The notes under the pieces are model-generated. The model did not search any database and was not told the origin of the DNA. It saw only the letters and a list, made by a program, of their open reading frames with translations. A stretch of DNA of 24,199 nucleotides, from positions 1-24,199 of IMG/VR virus record IMGVR_UViG_3300011438_000041, one strand, 5' to 3'. The DNA is from a virus. Its lineage: Duplodnaviria > Caudoviricetes. Made by a program: the position numbers and the translations under genes. Of the stretch, positions 1 through 8,875 are shown piece by piece (positions within the stretch are counted from its first letter, which is position 1; every line of letters begins with the position of its first letter).

Positions 1-99
1 ACGCACGTATTTTCGCGAAAAATGACTGCATTTCGTCCCTATGTAAACCTGGAGTTGACGAGTTGACAGGCACGTTCCACGAGGAACCGAGGCGGGTCA
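1..99. other. Left side of probable cos/packaging region and terS upstream region
   Basis: Non-coding segment preceding terS. Joined to the right end it forms the HNH-cos-terS arrangement of HK97-like phages. Contains palindrome TTTTCGCGAAAA (10-21) and tandem GAGTTGAC x2 (52-67). Confidence 0.6.
73..88. promoter_or_regulatory. Degenerate parS-like site CGTTCCACGAGGAACC
   Basis: 14/16 identical to the perfect palindrome at 17813-17828; lies 12 nt upstream of the terS start. Confidence 0.4.
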
Positions 100-594
100 G
101 TGGCGGGTAACCGGAACAGCGGACGTCGCAAGCAACCGACGGCGCTCAAGCTGTTGCGCGGGAATCCCGGCAAGCGGCGCCTCGACGCCGAGCTCGAGCC
201 GACCCCGCCGCCGGTCGATGCGACGTTTGACACACCCCCGCCCGAGCTCCGCGGCGATCGCCGCGCTCAGGCCGAATGGCGGCGCCTGGTGCCGATGCTG
301 CGCGACTGCGGCCTCATCAGCCAGGCCGAGCGCGGCGGGCTGATCTCGCTCTGTCTGGAATGGAGCACGTACATTGCCGCGCGCTGGCAGCTGCAACGCC
401 ATGGCGTCACCGTGCGCGTCGACGACAAAGAGGTGAAATCCCCGTACCTGTCGATCGCGAGCGACGCGCTCGTCCACTGTCAGCGGATGTGGAGCGAGCT
501 CGGGCTAACCCCGTCGGGCCGCGCGAAAGTCGCGCGCCTCCCGCCGGCCGCTCGCGCGGTCGCGCCGGCGAGCAAATGGGGCGGGATGCTGTGA
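100..594 (+). CDS. terS: Terminase small subunit (P27 family-like)
   Basis: GTG start. Motifs GRRKQPTALKLLRGNPGKR, EWRRLVPML and ELGLTPSGRA are typical of P27-family TerS; lies upstream of terL. Confidence 0.92.
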   Translation: MAGNRNSGRRKQPTALKLLRGNPGKRRLDAELEPTPPPVDATFDTPPPELRGDRRAQAEWRRLVPMLRDCGLISQAERGGLISLCLEWSTYIAARWQLQRHGVTVRVDDKEVKSPYLSIASDALVHCQRMWSELGLTPSGRAKVARLPPAARAVAPASKWGGML

Positions 595-1178
595 AACATT
601 CGCGCCGGCCCGTCGATGTTCTGTGGTGTAGCAACCAGCGCCAGCGAGCGGGTAACGGTTGGTCATTCCCGCCGGCCGTCGATCGGCATTTGCGAGCCCT
701 CACGGCTGGACAAACCGTGTATCACCCGTTTGGCGGCCGCGCGAAATTTGGCCGGCGCGGCGACATTGATCCGAGCGTCGCGCCCGACGTGATCGCGGAT
801 GCCTGGCTGCCCCCGTTTATCTGCGATGCGTTCGACGTCGTCATTCTCGACCCGCCCTATGTCCACATTAATTGTCAGATGAAAAATCATCTATTGCGTG
901 CGGCGGCCTTCATCGCGAAGCGGCGCGTGATCTGGTTTCACACACAATGGATCGCGTCGAGTGGCGGTCAGACAACTGCCCTCGAGCGGAGCTGGCTGGT
1001 TCGCGTTGGCGATTCGTGCGCGGTTCGCTGTCTGCAAGTCTTTGAGGTCAAGTACGGCGCCAAAGTGAAACCGCGCCCACACTTCAACCGCGGCCCGGCG
1101 ATCAAGTACAACCGCTGGCTCGCGCAACCTGAGCGTCTCCCCTTTGAACCGCTCCGAGGCCTCGGCCTGGTCAAGTAA
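591..1178 (+). CDS. Putative amino-DNA methyltransferase (N6-adenine type), ~195 aa
   Basis: True start is likely GTG 591 (GTGA overlap with terS stop) inside ORF 276..1178. SAM-binding-like YHPFGG and GDID motifs precede the catalytic VILDPPY. TAATG-coupled to terL. Confidence 0.75.
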   Translation: MKHSRRPVDVLWCSNQRQRAGNGWSFPPAVDRHLRALTAGQTVYHPFGGRAKFGRRGDIDPSVAPDVIADAWLPPFICDAFDVVILDPPYVHINCQMKNHLLRAAAFIAKRRVIWFHTQWIASSGGQTTALERSWLVRVGDSCAVRCLQVFEVKYGAKVKPRPHFNRGPAIKYNRWLAQPERLPFEPLRGLGLVK

Positions 1179-2731
1179 TGCCGCGCAAGGAATCGATCCC
1201 GTCGCAGAAAGTCCGGCTGATCAATCAGCTGACGCACACCAAGGGACCCTTTGCCGGGCAGACCTTCAAGCTGCGCCCCTGGCAGGAAAAGGAAATCATT
1301 CGGCCGCTCTTCTCGATCAACAAGGCGACAGGCCTCCGGCAGTACCGGACCTGTCTGCTGATGATGCCGCGCAAAAACGGCAAGACCGAGCTCTGCGCGG
1401 CGCTCGCGATCGATGGGCTGCTCTTCGACAATGAAATCGGCGGCGAGGTTTACTCGGCGGCCAGCGACAAGGAACAAGCGGCGCTCTGTTTCAACGTCGC
1501 CGCGCAAATGATCCGCAACGACGCCGAGCTCTTCGCCGCGTGCGAAATCATCGACTCGCAAAAACGAATCGTGCATCGCAAGTCGGGCAGTATCTACCGC
1601 GCGATCAGCGCCGAGGCCTACAGCAAGCACGGATTCAACGCCTCGCGCGTGATCTATGACGAGCTCCACGCCGCCCAGACACGCGACCTCTGGGACGTCC
1701 TGGCGTCGTCGACCGGCGCGCGCGCGCAACCGCTCGTGATTGCGATTTCGACGGCCGGCTACGATCGACACTCGATCCTCTGGGAGCTCTACCAGCACGG
1801 CAAGAAAGTCCTCGAGTCACCGGCGATCGATCCGACGTTCCTGCCGGTGATCTGGGAGGCGCCCGCTGAAGCCGACTGGCGCGACGAAGCGACCTGGCGC
1901 GCGGCCAATCCCGCGCTCGGCGATTTCCGCTCGCTCGAGGAGCTCCGCGCGGCGTGCGCGCGCGCCCAGGAAATCCCGGCGCAAGAAAACGTGTTTCGCC
2001 GGCTCTACCTGAATCAGTGGACCGAACAGGACGCGCGCTGGATCGCGCTCGACGCCTGGGACCGCTGCCAGGTATCAATTGATACCGCGTCGCTGGCCGG
2101 CCGGCGCTGCTATGTCGGCCTGGACCTGTCGACGACGACCGACCTGACCGCCGCGGTCGCCGTGTTCCCCGACGACGACGGACCCGGCTGTCAGGTGCTC
2201 GCGCAGTTTTTCTGCCCGGCTGATCGCATCCAGCAGCGGGTCGCGCGCGATCGCGTCCCCTACGACGAATGGGCGCGTCGCGGGTTCATCATCACGACGC
2301 CCGGCCCGACGATCGATTACGAGCGGGTCCGCGCCGAGCTCGTCGAGTGGCAGGACCGCTATCAGGTCCGGATGGTCGCGTTCGATCCGTGGAACGCGAC
2401 CGATCTCGTCTCGCGCCTCGAAAAGGTCGACGGGTTCACGTGCGTGAAAATGCGCCAGGGCAAGGCGACCCTGTCGGCGCCGAGTAAAGCGCTCGAAAAG
2501 GCGATCCTCGAGAAAACGATCCGCCACGACGGACACCCGATCCTGCGCTGGAACATCGCCAATGCCTCGGTCGACACCGACAACGCCGGCAACATTCAGC
2601 CCAGCAAAGCGAAATCAACGGAACGCATCGACGGCGTCTATGCGCTCGTCATGGCGCTCGACGCGATGAATCGCGACCACACCCCGCCGGAAACCGATCT
2701 CGAGGTGTATATTTTCGGGGGACCCCGTTAA
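1178..2731 (+). CDS. terL: Terminase large subunit
   Basis: LRPWQ adenine-binding motif, Walker A PRKNGKT, Walker B VIYDELH, ISTAG coupling motif, nuclease motifs GLDLS and IDGVYAL. Confidence 0.97.
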   Translation: MPRKESIPSQKVRLINQLTHTKGPFAGQTFKLRPWQEKEIIRPLFSINKATGLRQYRTCLLMMPRKNGKTELCAALAIDGLLFDNEIGGEVYSAASDKEQAALCFNVAAQMIRNDAELFAACEIIDSQKRIVHRKSGSIYRAISAEAYSKHGFNASRVIYDELHAAQTRDLWDVLASSTGARAQPLVIAISTAGYDRHSILWELYQHGKKVLESPAIDPTFLPVIWEAPAEADWRDEATWRAANPALGDFRSLEELRAACARAQEIPAQENVFRRLYLNQWTEQDARWIALDAWDRCQVSIDTASLAGRRCYVGLDLSTTTDLTAAVAVFPDDDGPGCQVLAQFFCPADRIQQRVARDRVPYDEWARRGFIITTPGPTIDYERVRAELVEWQDRYQVRMVAFDPWNATDLVSRLEKVDGFTCVKMRQGKATLSAPSKALEKAILEKTIRHDGHPILRWNIANASVDTDNAGNIQPSKAKSTERIDGVYALVMALDAMNRDHTPPETDLEVYIFGGPR

Positions 2732-2922
2732 TGCAACCCCGACGCCCTGGCCGGCCGCCGCTCGACCGCTCCGACCGCTCGGTCGAAATGTGTCTCACGC
2801 TCCCGTCAAAACGCTACGACGAGCTCTATACGCGCGCGGTCCGCGCGCGCGTGTCGGTCCCTGAGCTCGTACGCCGCACCCTCGATCGGGTCGAAAAACC
2901 GAAGGTTCGCGAAAATACATAG
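2731..2922 (+). CDS. Small ribbon-helix-helix-like DNA-binding protein
   Basis: TAATG-coupled to terL. RRPGRPP followed by an alternating strand (VEMCLTL) and two helices (YDELYTRA..., SVPELVRRTL), the CopG/Arc-like pattern. Confidence 0.6.
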   Translation: MQPRRPGRPPLDRSDRSVEMCLTLPSKRYDELYTRAVRARVSVPELVRRTLDRVEKPKVRENT

Positions 2923-2952
2923 GAAAACTGGGCGCCGGACCGGCGGCCGTTT

Positions 2953-2958
2953 TAGACT
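2953..2958 (+). promoter_or_regulatory. Candidate -10 box (TAGACT) for a leaderless capsid transcript
   Basis: TANNNT hexamer 8 nt before ATG 2967; no Shine-Dalgarno visible. Confidence 0.35.
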
Positions 2959-2966
2959 CGCCGGCC

Positions 2967-4859
2967 ATGCTCAACCGCGCGTACGCCGTCCTGTCGATCA
3001 AAGCGCTCGACGCGGACCAGCGGACGATCACCGGCATGGCGTCGACGCCGACGCCAGACCGCCGCGGCGACATCTTCGAACCGCTCGGCGCCACCTTCAC
3101 CAATCCCCTCCCGCTGCTCTTGCATCACGATCGCGAGCGGCCCGTCGGCCGCGCGACGCTGACCGCGACCCGCGAAGGCATCCGCTTCGAAGCGACGCTG
3201 CCCGAAATCGCCGAGCCCGGACTCGTCCGCGATCGCGTTGACGAGGCCTGGCATTCGATCAAGGCCGGCCTGATGACCGGCGTCTCGATCGGGTTCCGCC
3301 CGCTCGCCGACGGCGTCAAGTTCATCAAGTCCGGCGGGATTCACCTGCTGAAAACCGAAATTTGCGAGCTCTCGCTCGTCACCGTGCCGGCGAACATCGA
3401 AACGACGATCCACACGATCAAATCGTTCGATGCGCCGCACCTGGCCGCGTCTGGCCTCACCCCGCCCGGCGTCTCGGGCTTGCCAGTCGTCCGCGTGGGA
3501 ACGCGCAGCACCATGGCCAAGATCACGACCACCGAACAGATCACCCAATTCGAAAACAAGCGCGCCGCGCTGACCGCGCGCATGACCGAGCTGATGGGCA
3601 AGGCCGGCGAGGCCGGCGAGACGCTCGACGCCGCGCAAAGTGAGGAATACGACGGCCTCGAGCTCGAAGTGAAAAGCGCCGACGCGCACCTGACGCGCCT
3701 TCGCGCGCTCGAGAAAGCGAACGCCGCGGCGGCCGTGCCCGTCCCGCTCTCGACGAACGGCGCGCCGAACTACGCGGCCCTGCCGGCGCTCCCGCGGATC
3801 TCCGTCCGCCCGAACGTCGCGCCCGGCTCGGCGTTTGTCCGCTACACGCTCGCGATGCTCAACGCCAAAGGCGACAGCTACCGCGCGCTCGAGTACGCGA
3901 AGCAATGGAAAGATTCGACGCCCGAAGTCGAGCTGATGATCAAGGCGGCCGTCGCGCCCGGCACGACGACCGATCCAGCCTGGGCCGGCGCGCTCGTCAC
4001 GGTCAACAACCTGACCAATGAATTCGTCGAGCTCTCGCGGCCGGCGACCATCCTCGGCAAGATCCCCGGCCTGACCAAGGTCCCCTTCAATGTGTCGGTC
4101 CCGGTGCAAACCGGCGGCGGCACGTACAAGTGGGTTGGCCAGGCGAAGGCGAAGCCGGTCGGCAAGCTGCAATTCACGTCGACGTCGCTCGGCATGGCGA
4201 AGGCTGCCGGCATCATCGTCCTGACCGAGGAACTCGTCCGGAGCTCGTCGCCGTCGGCCGAGGCCATCGTCCGCAACGACATGGTCAAGGGCATCGCGCA
4301 ATTCTTGGATCAGCAATTCACCGATCCGGCTGTCGCCGAAGTCCCGAACGTGTCGCCGGCGTCGATCACGAACACCGCCGGGACCGCGGCGTCACTCGAC
4401 GATCCCGGTAAGGACCTCGGCGCGATCGTCACCTTCATGTCGGGAAACAACGTCTCGCTCGCCGGCCTGACGATCATCATGAACCAGACCAACGCCTTCG
4501 CGATGGGCTACAAGCGCGACCCGCAGGGCAATGTGATGTTCCCTGGCGTCGGCGCGAATGGCGGCACGGCGAACGGGGTCAACATCATCGCCAGCAATGC
4601 GGTCGGCGATAAGGTGATCGGCCTGGCGCCGGAATACATCCTGCTCGCCGACGACGGCGGCGTCTCGATCGACGTGTCGCGCGAAGCGACCCTGCAAATG
4701 AACGACGCGCCGGTCAACCCGGCCGACCCCGCGACGACCGTCTGGGCGTCGCTCTGGCAGGACAACCTGGTCGGCCTCCGCGCCGAACGGTTCATCAACT
4801 GGAAAAAAGCGCTCTCGAGCTCGGTCTACTACCTGACCGGCGCCGTGTACACGTTCTGA
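2967..4859 (+). CDS. Prohead protease - major capsid protein fusion (HK97 fold)
   Basis: N-terminal HK97-type protease (LLLHHD His, GVSIGF Ser, ELSLVTVPAN), coiled-coil delta-like region, then capsid domain ending SLWQDNLVGLRAERFINW. Confidence 0.93.
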   Translation: MLNRAYAVLSIKALDADQRTITGMASTPTPDRRGDIFEPLGATFTNPLPLLLHHDRERPVGRATLTATREGIRFEATLPEIAEPGLVRDRVDEAWHSIKAGLMTGVSIGFRPLADGVKFIKSGGIHLLKTEICELSLVTVPANIETTIHTIKSFDAPHLAASGLTPPGVSGLPVVRVGTRSTMAKITTTEQITQFENKRAALTARMTELMGKAGEAGETLDAAQSEEYDGLELEVKSADAHLTRLRALEKANAAAAVPVPLSTNGAPNYAALPALPRISVRPNVAPGSAFVRYTLAMLNAKGDSYRALEYAKQWKDSTPEVELMIKAAVAPGTTTDPAWAGALVTVNNLTNEFVELSRPATILGKIPGLTKVPFNVSVPVQTGGGTYKWVGQAKAKPVGKLQFTSTSLGMAKAAGIIVLTEELVRSSSPSAEAIVRNDMVKGIAQFLDQQFTDPAVAEVPNVSPASITNTAGTAASLDDPGKDLGAIVTFMSGNNVSLAGLTIIMNQTNAFAMGYKRDPQGNVMFPGVGANGGTANGVNIIASNAVGDKVIGLAPEYILLADDGGVSIDVSREATLQMNDAPVNPADPATTVWASLWQDNLVGLRAERFINWKKALSSSVYYLTGAVYTF

Positions 4860-4867
4860 GAGGGTCC

Positions 4868-6247
4868 ATGCGGATCTTCGGCCTCGAAATCTCTCGCGCG
4901 CGACGACCGCCGGCCAATCTGACGCCGGCGGCGTCGCGTGGGGGCTGGTTCCCGCTGATCCGCGAGCCCTACATGGGCGCCTGGCAAAACAACGACGAGA
5001 TCACCGCGCAAAGCGCGCTCTCGTATTTCGCCGTCTTCGGATGCGTCACGCTGATCGCGACCGACATCGGCAAGCTCTCGCTCCGACTCGTCACCGAGGA
5101 CGATAACGGCATCTGGACCGAGACGACCAACCCCGCGTACTCGCCGGTGCTCCGCAAGCCGAACCGCTACCAGACGATCAATAAGTTTGTCGAGCAGTGG
5201 ATCACGTCGAAGCTGATGGCCGGCAATGCCTACGTCCTGAAACAGCGCGACGAGCGCGGCGTCGTGTCGGCGCTCTATGTGCTCGACCCGGCGCGCGTCA
5301 CGCCGATGATCGCGCCCGACGGCTCGGTCTGGTACGCGTTGAAACGCGACGACCTCGTCGGCGTGACCGACGACCTCCCCAAGGGCGACGACCTCCTCGT
5401 CCCCGCGCGCGAAATCATCCATGACCCGATGGTCACGCTGTTTCATCCGCTGGTCGGCGTCACGCCGCTCTACGCGTGCGGCCTGGCCGCGCAACAGGGC
5501 CTGACGATCCAGACCAAGAGCGAACAGTTTTTTCGCGGCGGCTCGCATCCTGGCGGCGTGCTGACGGCGCCCGGCGAAATCGGCGAGGAGCAAGCGCAAC
5601 GGATCAAAACCTACTGGGAAGAAAATTTCTCAGGGGCGAATATCGGCCGCGTTGCCGTCGTCGGCAAAGGGTTGAAGTACGAAGCCATGACGGTCAGCGC
5701 GGCCGATGCACAACTGATCGAGCAGTTGAACTGGACCGCGAAGCAAGTCTGCACCTGTTATCACGTCCCGCCGGCGCTGCTCGATCTCGACGACACGCCG
5801 ACCGCGGACGTCGAATCGCTCTGGCTGAAATATCACGCGCAGTGCTTGCAGGAGAAGCTGACGAACTTCGAAACGTCGCTCGATGAGGGCCTCGAGCTCA
5901 AGCGCCCGTACGGGACCGAATTCGACATCGACGATCTGATCTGGATGGTCACGGCGACCAAGACGAAAGCGGCCGCGGAAGCGATCGGCGCCGGCGCGCT
6001 CTCGCCGGATGAAGTCCGCAAGAAATACTTTGGCCTCGGCACGGTCAAAGGCGGCAACACGCCGTACATGCAACAGCAGAATTACTCGCTCGCCGCGCTC
6101 GCCGAACGCGACGCCGATGCGCCGTTCTCGAAACCGGCGCTGGCCGCACCCGCGGCGCCCGCGCTCCCGCCGGCTGACGACGAGGCCGACGAAAAATCAT
6201 TTCTCGCGACGCTGACGAAATCTCTGGAGGATCTCCATGCGGCCTGA
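4868..6247 (+). CDS. Portal protein (HK97 family)
   Basis: AVFGCVTLIATDIGKL, LRKPNRYQT, GNAYV, LDPARV, GVTPL and FFRGGSHPGGVL motifs. Confidence 0.95.
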   Translation: MRIFGLEISRARRPPANLTPAASRGGWFPLIREPYMGAWQNNDEITAQSALSYFAVFGCVTLIATDIGKLSLRLVTEDDNGIWTETTNPAYSPVLRKPNRYQTINKFVEQWITSKLMAGNAYVLKQRDERGVVSALYVLDPARVTPMIAPDGSVWYALKRDDLVGVTDDLPKGDDLLVPAREIIHDPMVTLFHPLVGVTPLYACGLAAQQGLTIQTKSEQFFRGGSHPGGVLTAPGEIGEEQAQRIKTYWEENFSGANIGRVAVVGKGLKYEAMTVSAADAQLIEQLNWTAKQVCTCYHVPPALLDLDDTPTADVESLWLKYHAQCLQEKLTNFETSLDEGLELKRPYGTEFDIDDLIWMVTATKTKAAAEAIGAGALSPDEVRKKYFGLGTVKGGNTPYMQQQNYSLAALAERDADAPFSKPALAAPAAPALPPADDEADEKSFLATLTKSLEDLHAA

Positions 6248-6662
6248 CGTCCTCGCCGAACACCTGGGCCAGACGATCCGCGGGTTGTTCGCGCCGGTCG
6301 CGCTCCGGGTCGCCGAGCTCGAGGCCGCCGGCGGTCGCTCAGCCATCGCGATCGACACGGTCAACACCTCGCTCGGCGACCTCGGCACGCGCCTGGCGAC
6401 ACTCGAGCAACGCGAGCCCGTCCCCGGCCCGCCCGGTCCCGCCGGCCCGCCGGGGCGCGACGGCAAAGACGGCCAGGACGGCAAGAGCCTGAATTATCTC
6501 GGCGTGCATGTCAGCGGCAAGACCTACGACGTCGGCGATCTCGTCACCGCCGGCGGGTCGGCGTGGTACTGCGCGCGCACGACGAAAGGCGCGCCCGGTA
6601 ATTCGACCGACTGGCAGCTGATGGTGAAACGCGGCCGCGATGCCGGCAGGGGCGACCGATGA
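6237..6662 (+). CDS. Putative head-associated protein with short collagen-like segment
   Basis: G-X-Y run GPPGPAGPPGRDGKDGQDGKS and C-terminal YDVGDLVT.GGSAWYC..WQL motif; overlaps the portal end. Confidence 0.7.
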   Translation: MRPDVLAEHLGQTIRGLFAPVALRVAELEAAGGRSAIAIDTVNTSLGDLGTRLATLEQREPVPGPPGPAGPPGRDGKDGQDGKSLNYLGVHVSGKTYDVGDLVTAGGSAWYCARTTKGAPGNSTDWQLMVKRGRDAGRGDR

Positions 6663-6964
6663 TCCTCGAGACGCTCGACAACGCGAAGCTCGCGTTGCAC
6701 ATTACCGACCCGGCGCGCGATGCCGAGGTGACGCTGTACCTCGAGCATGCGAGCGCGCTCATCGCCGACTATCTGGGCGCGCAGTTCAAACCGGAATGGG
6801 ATGCGACGACCGCGCCCGACGTCGTCCAGGCGGCGACGCTCAAAATGCTCTGCAACCTGTGGGAGCACCGCGGCGACGACATCGCGCCCGATGATCAGGA
6901 CGCCAAACTGTGGGAGGGGATTTCGCTGCTGCTGATGCGGTCGCGCGATCCGGCGCTGGCCTGA
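6659..6964 (+). CDS. Head-tail connector (HK97 gp6-like)
   Basis: TLDNAKLALHI...ASALIADYL...PDVVQAATL...LWEHR pattern; ATGA coupling; synteny. Confidence 0.85.
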   Translation: MILETLDNAKLALHITDPARDAEVTLYLEHASALIADYLGAQFKPEWDATTAPDVVQAATLKMLCNLWEHRGDDIAPDDQDAKLWEGISLLLMRSRDPALA

Positions 6965-7320
6965 TGCGAACGAACACCACGATCAGGAACAGCATCGGCC
7001 GCGACAATCAGCTGGTCACGTTCGAAGATCCCGGCGACCCGATTCGCGACGGCGAGGGCACCTATACGCAGACCTGGACCCCGCTTGTCCCGGCGACGTG
7101 GTATGTGCGCGTCTCGCCGGCGACGGTGCGCGACGCCGAGCGCCTGACCGCTGGCACGGTGCTGACGCATGTCTCGCATCTAGTCCATGGCCGTTTTCAT
7201 CCCGGCGTGTCGACGCGGACGCGCATGCTGCACAAGGGCCACGTCTACCAGGTCACCAGCGTCGTCAACATCGACGACCGCGATCGCGAAATGGAACTCG
7301 TCGCGGATTTGCAGAGCTGA
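6964..7320 (+). CDS. Head closure / head-tail adaptor protein
   Basis: ATG 6964 (TGATG overlap) within ORF 6910..7320. RDGEG.YTQTW and MLHKGHVYQVTSVVNID motifs are SPP1 gp16-like. Confidence 0.85.
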   Translation: MRTNTTIRNSIGRDNQLVTFEDPGDPIRDGEGTYTQTWTPLVPATWYVRVSPATVRDAERLTAGTVLTHVSHLVHGRFHPGVSTRTRMLHKGHVYQVTSVVNIDDRDREMELVADLQS

Positions 7321-7322
7321 CC

Positions 7323-7709
7323 ATGGCAACCGTGATGCACTTGACCGGCGTCGACGAGCTCCTCGCGGAACTCGACCGCCTGGCGCCCGACCTGGCCGCC
7401 GAGGCCGGCCCCCTGCAACAAGCGATCGCGACCGAGACGGCCGATACGCTCCGCGCCGCCTATCCGGTCGTGACGGGCACGCTGCGCGGCAGTGTCCACG
7501 TCGCGCGCGAAAGCTCGACCTCCCCCGTCCGCGTGTTCACCGAGGTCGCCGTCACCGCGCCCTATGCGGAATTTTTTGAATTTGGGACGGCGCGCACCGC
7601 GCCGACGCCGACGTTTGTCCCGATCACCAATCACGGCCGCGAGCAATTTCTCACCGCCGTGATCGAACGGGTCCGCGCGCACGGCCTCACCGTGGAGGGC
7701 CTCCGCTGA
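7323..7709 (+). CDS. HK97 gp10-like tail completion protein
   Basis: ATG 7323 within ORF 7098..7709. GVDELLAELDRL, PVVTGTLRGS and APYAEFFEFGT motifs. Confidence 0.85.
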   Translation: MATVMHLTGVDELLAELDRLAPDLAAEAGPLQQAIATETADTLRAAYPVVTGTLRGSVHVARESSTSPVRVFTEVAVTAPYAEFFEFGTARTAPTPTFVPITNHGREQFLTAVIERVRAHGLTVEGLR

Positions 7710-8146
7710 TGGCCGACATTGGCCTCGTCGACGCGGCCGTGATGGAAGTCCTGGCGAACGACGCCGCGCTCGCCGCGCTCTGTCCCGACGGCGTCTATTG
7801 GGACATTCGCCCAAGCGGGATGCCGGCGCCGGGCGCGTTCGTGATCGTCTCGCATTTTGATTACCGGGTCGAGCCGGGCCTGGCCGACGTCACGCTCTAC
7901 GAACGGATCATTTATTGGGTCGTCGCGCGCGTGATGTCGACGAGCAAAACGCCGGCGCGCCAGGCCGCGGCGCGGATCCATGCCCTGCTGCAAGGGACGC
8001 TGCTCGACCTCACGATGGCCGGCTATACCGCGATGCACTGCGCGCGCGTCGACCGTCGCGCCTATACCGAAATCGATCCGATCAACAAAGCGACCTGGCA
8101 TCACCACGGCGGCCAGTACGAAGTGATGAGTTATCCGACCCCGTAG
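7709..8146 (+). CDS. Tail terminator-like protein
   Basis: Position between gp10-like gene and major tail gene; LANDAALAAL...VYWD and ARIHALL pattern. Confidence 0.75.
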   Translation: MADIGLVDAAVMEVLANDAALAALCPDGVYWDIRPSGMPAPGAFVIVSHFDYRVEPGLADVTLYERIIYWVVARVMSTSKTPARQAAARIHALLQGTLLDLTMAGYTAMHCARVDRRAYTEIDPINKATWHHHGGQYEVMSYPTP

Positions 8147-8164
8147 AGACGAAAGGACCCGACC

Positions 8165-8578
8165 ATGGCGAGGCGACACGGCAGCAAAGGCATGATCAAG
8201 ATGGACCCGGCCGGCGGCTCGACGACCGTCGAAGTCGCGGCGCTCAATCAGTGGACGCTCGACCTCGAGCGCGACAAAGAGGACGTGACGTGTTTCGGCG
8301 ACACCAACAAGCAATACGTCCTCGGCTTGCCTGACATCCAAGGCGAAATTGGCGGCGTCTGGGATGAGGAATTCTCGCCGGACTTCCTGCGGATTGCGCT
8401 CGGCGAGGTTCCGGTGATGCTCGAGCTGATCCCGTCGACCGTGACGCCGACCTTTATGTTCAAGGGCCTCGCGTATCTCAGCGCCGGTATCGAATGCCCG
8501 GCCGACGGCGCCGTGACGATCAACGGGTCGTTTGTCGCGGCCGGTCCGTGGACGCTCGAGCCGCCGGCGGTCCCCTGA
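8165..8578 (+). CDS. Major tail (tube) protein
   Basis: Strong SD GAAAGGA. HGSKG, WTLDLERD.EDVTCFGD..KQYVLGL and FKGLAY motifs; synteny. Confidence 0.85.
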   Translation: MARRHGSKGMIKMDPAGGSTTVEVAALNQWTLDLERDKEDVTCFGDTNKQYVLGLPDIQGEIGGVWDEEFSPDFLRIALGEVPVMLELIPSTVTPTFMFKGLAYLSAGIECPADGAVTINGSFVAAGPWTLEPPAVP

Positions 8579-8871
8579 TGCTCGACGAACCGCGGGTCGT
8601 CTGGCGCGGGACCGGCGACGCGCGCGGGCGCGTCAAGCTCGCCTATCAGACCGCGGCGGAGCTGACCGGGTACGTGATCACGATCGACCCGGCGCGGCGC
8701 TTGACGCTGAGCGGGACGATCGTCGCGAGTAACCCGTTTTTGCTGACGCAAACGCCGCTGGTCTTTGTCGTCGGGACCAAGGTCGGCGCGTGCCGCTGGC
8801 CGGTCCAGACCGTGACGGTCCGCGACGATCGGCTGACCGCCGCGCTCGGCCCGCTCTTGGAAAGGGAATGA
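8578..8871 (+). CDS. Hypothetical beta-rich tail-region protein (~97 aa)
   Basis: ATG 8578 (TGATG overlap) within ORF 8494..8871; fills the gap between tail tube and chaperone genes. Confidence 0.65.
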   Translation: MLDEPRVVWRGTGDARGRVKLAYQTAAELTGYVITIDPARRLTLSGTIVASNPFLLTQTPLVFVVGTKVGACRWPVQTVTVRDDRLTAALGPLLERE

Positions 8872-8875
8872 TCCG

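Noticed and set aside
276-590. N-terminal 105 aa of the 300-aa ORF as part of the methyltransferase
   Set aside because: Entirely overlaps terS and is low-complexity; the GTGA-coupled start at 591 is more plausible.
2952-4316. Long antisense ORFs (454 aa here; also 9226..10170, 13467..14507, 968..1798)
   Set aside because: Shadow frames of strongly GC3-biased plus-strand genes; Arg-rich and without motifs.
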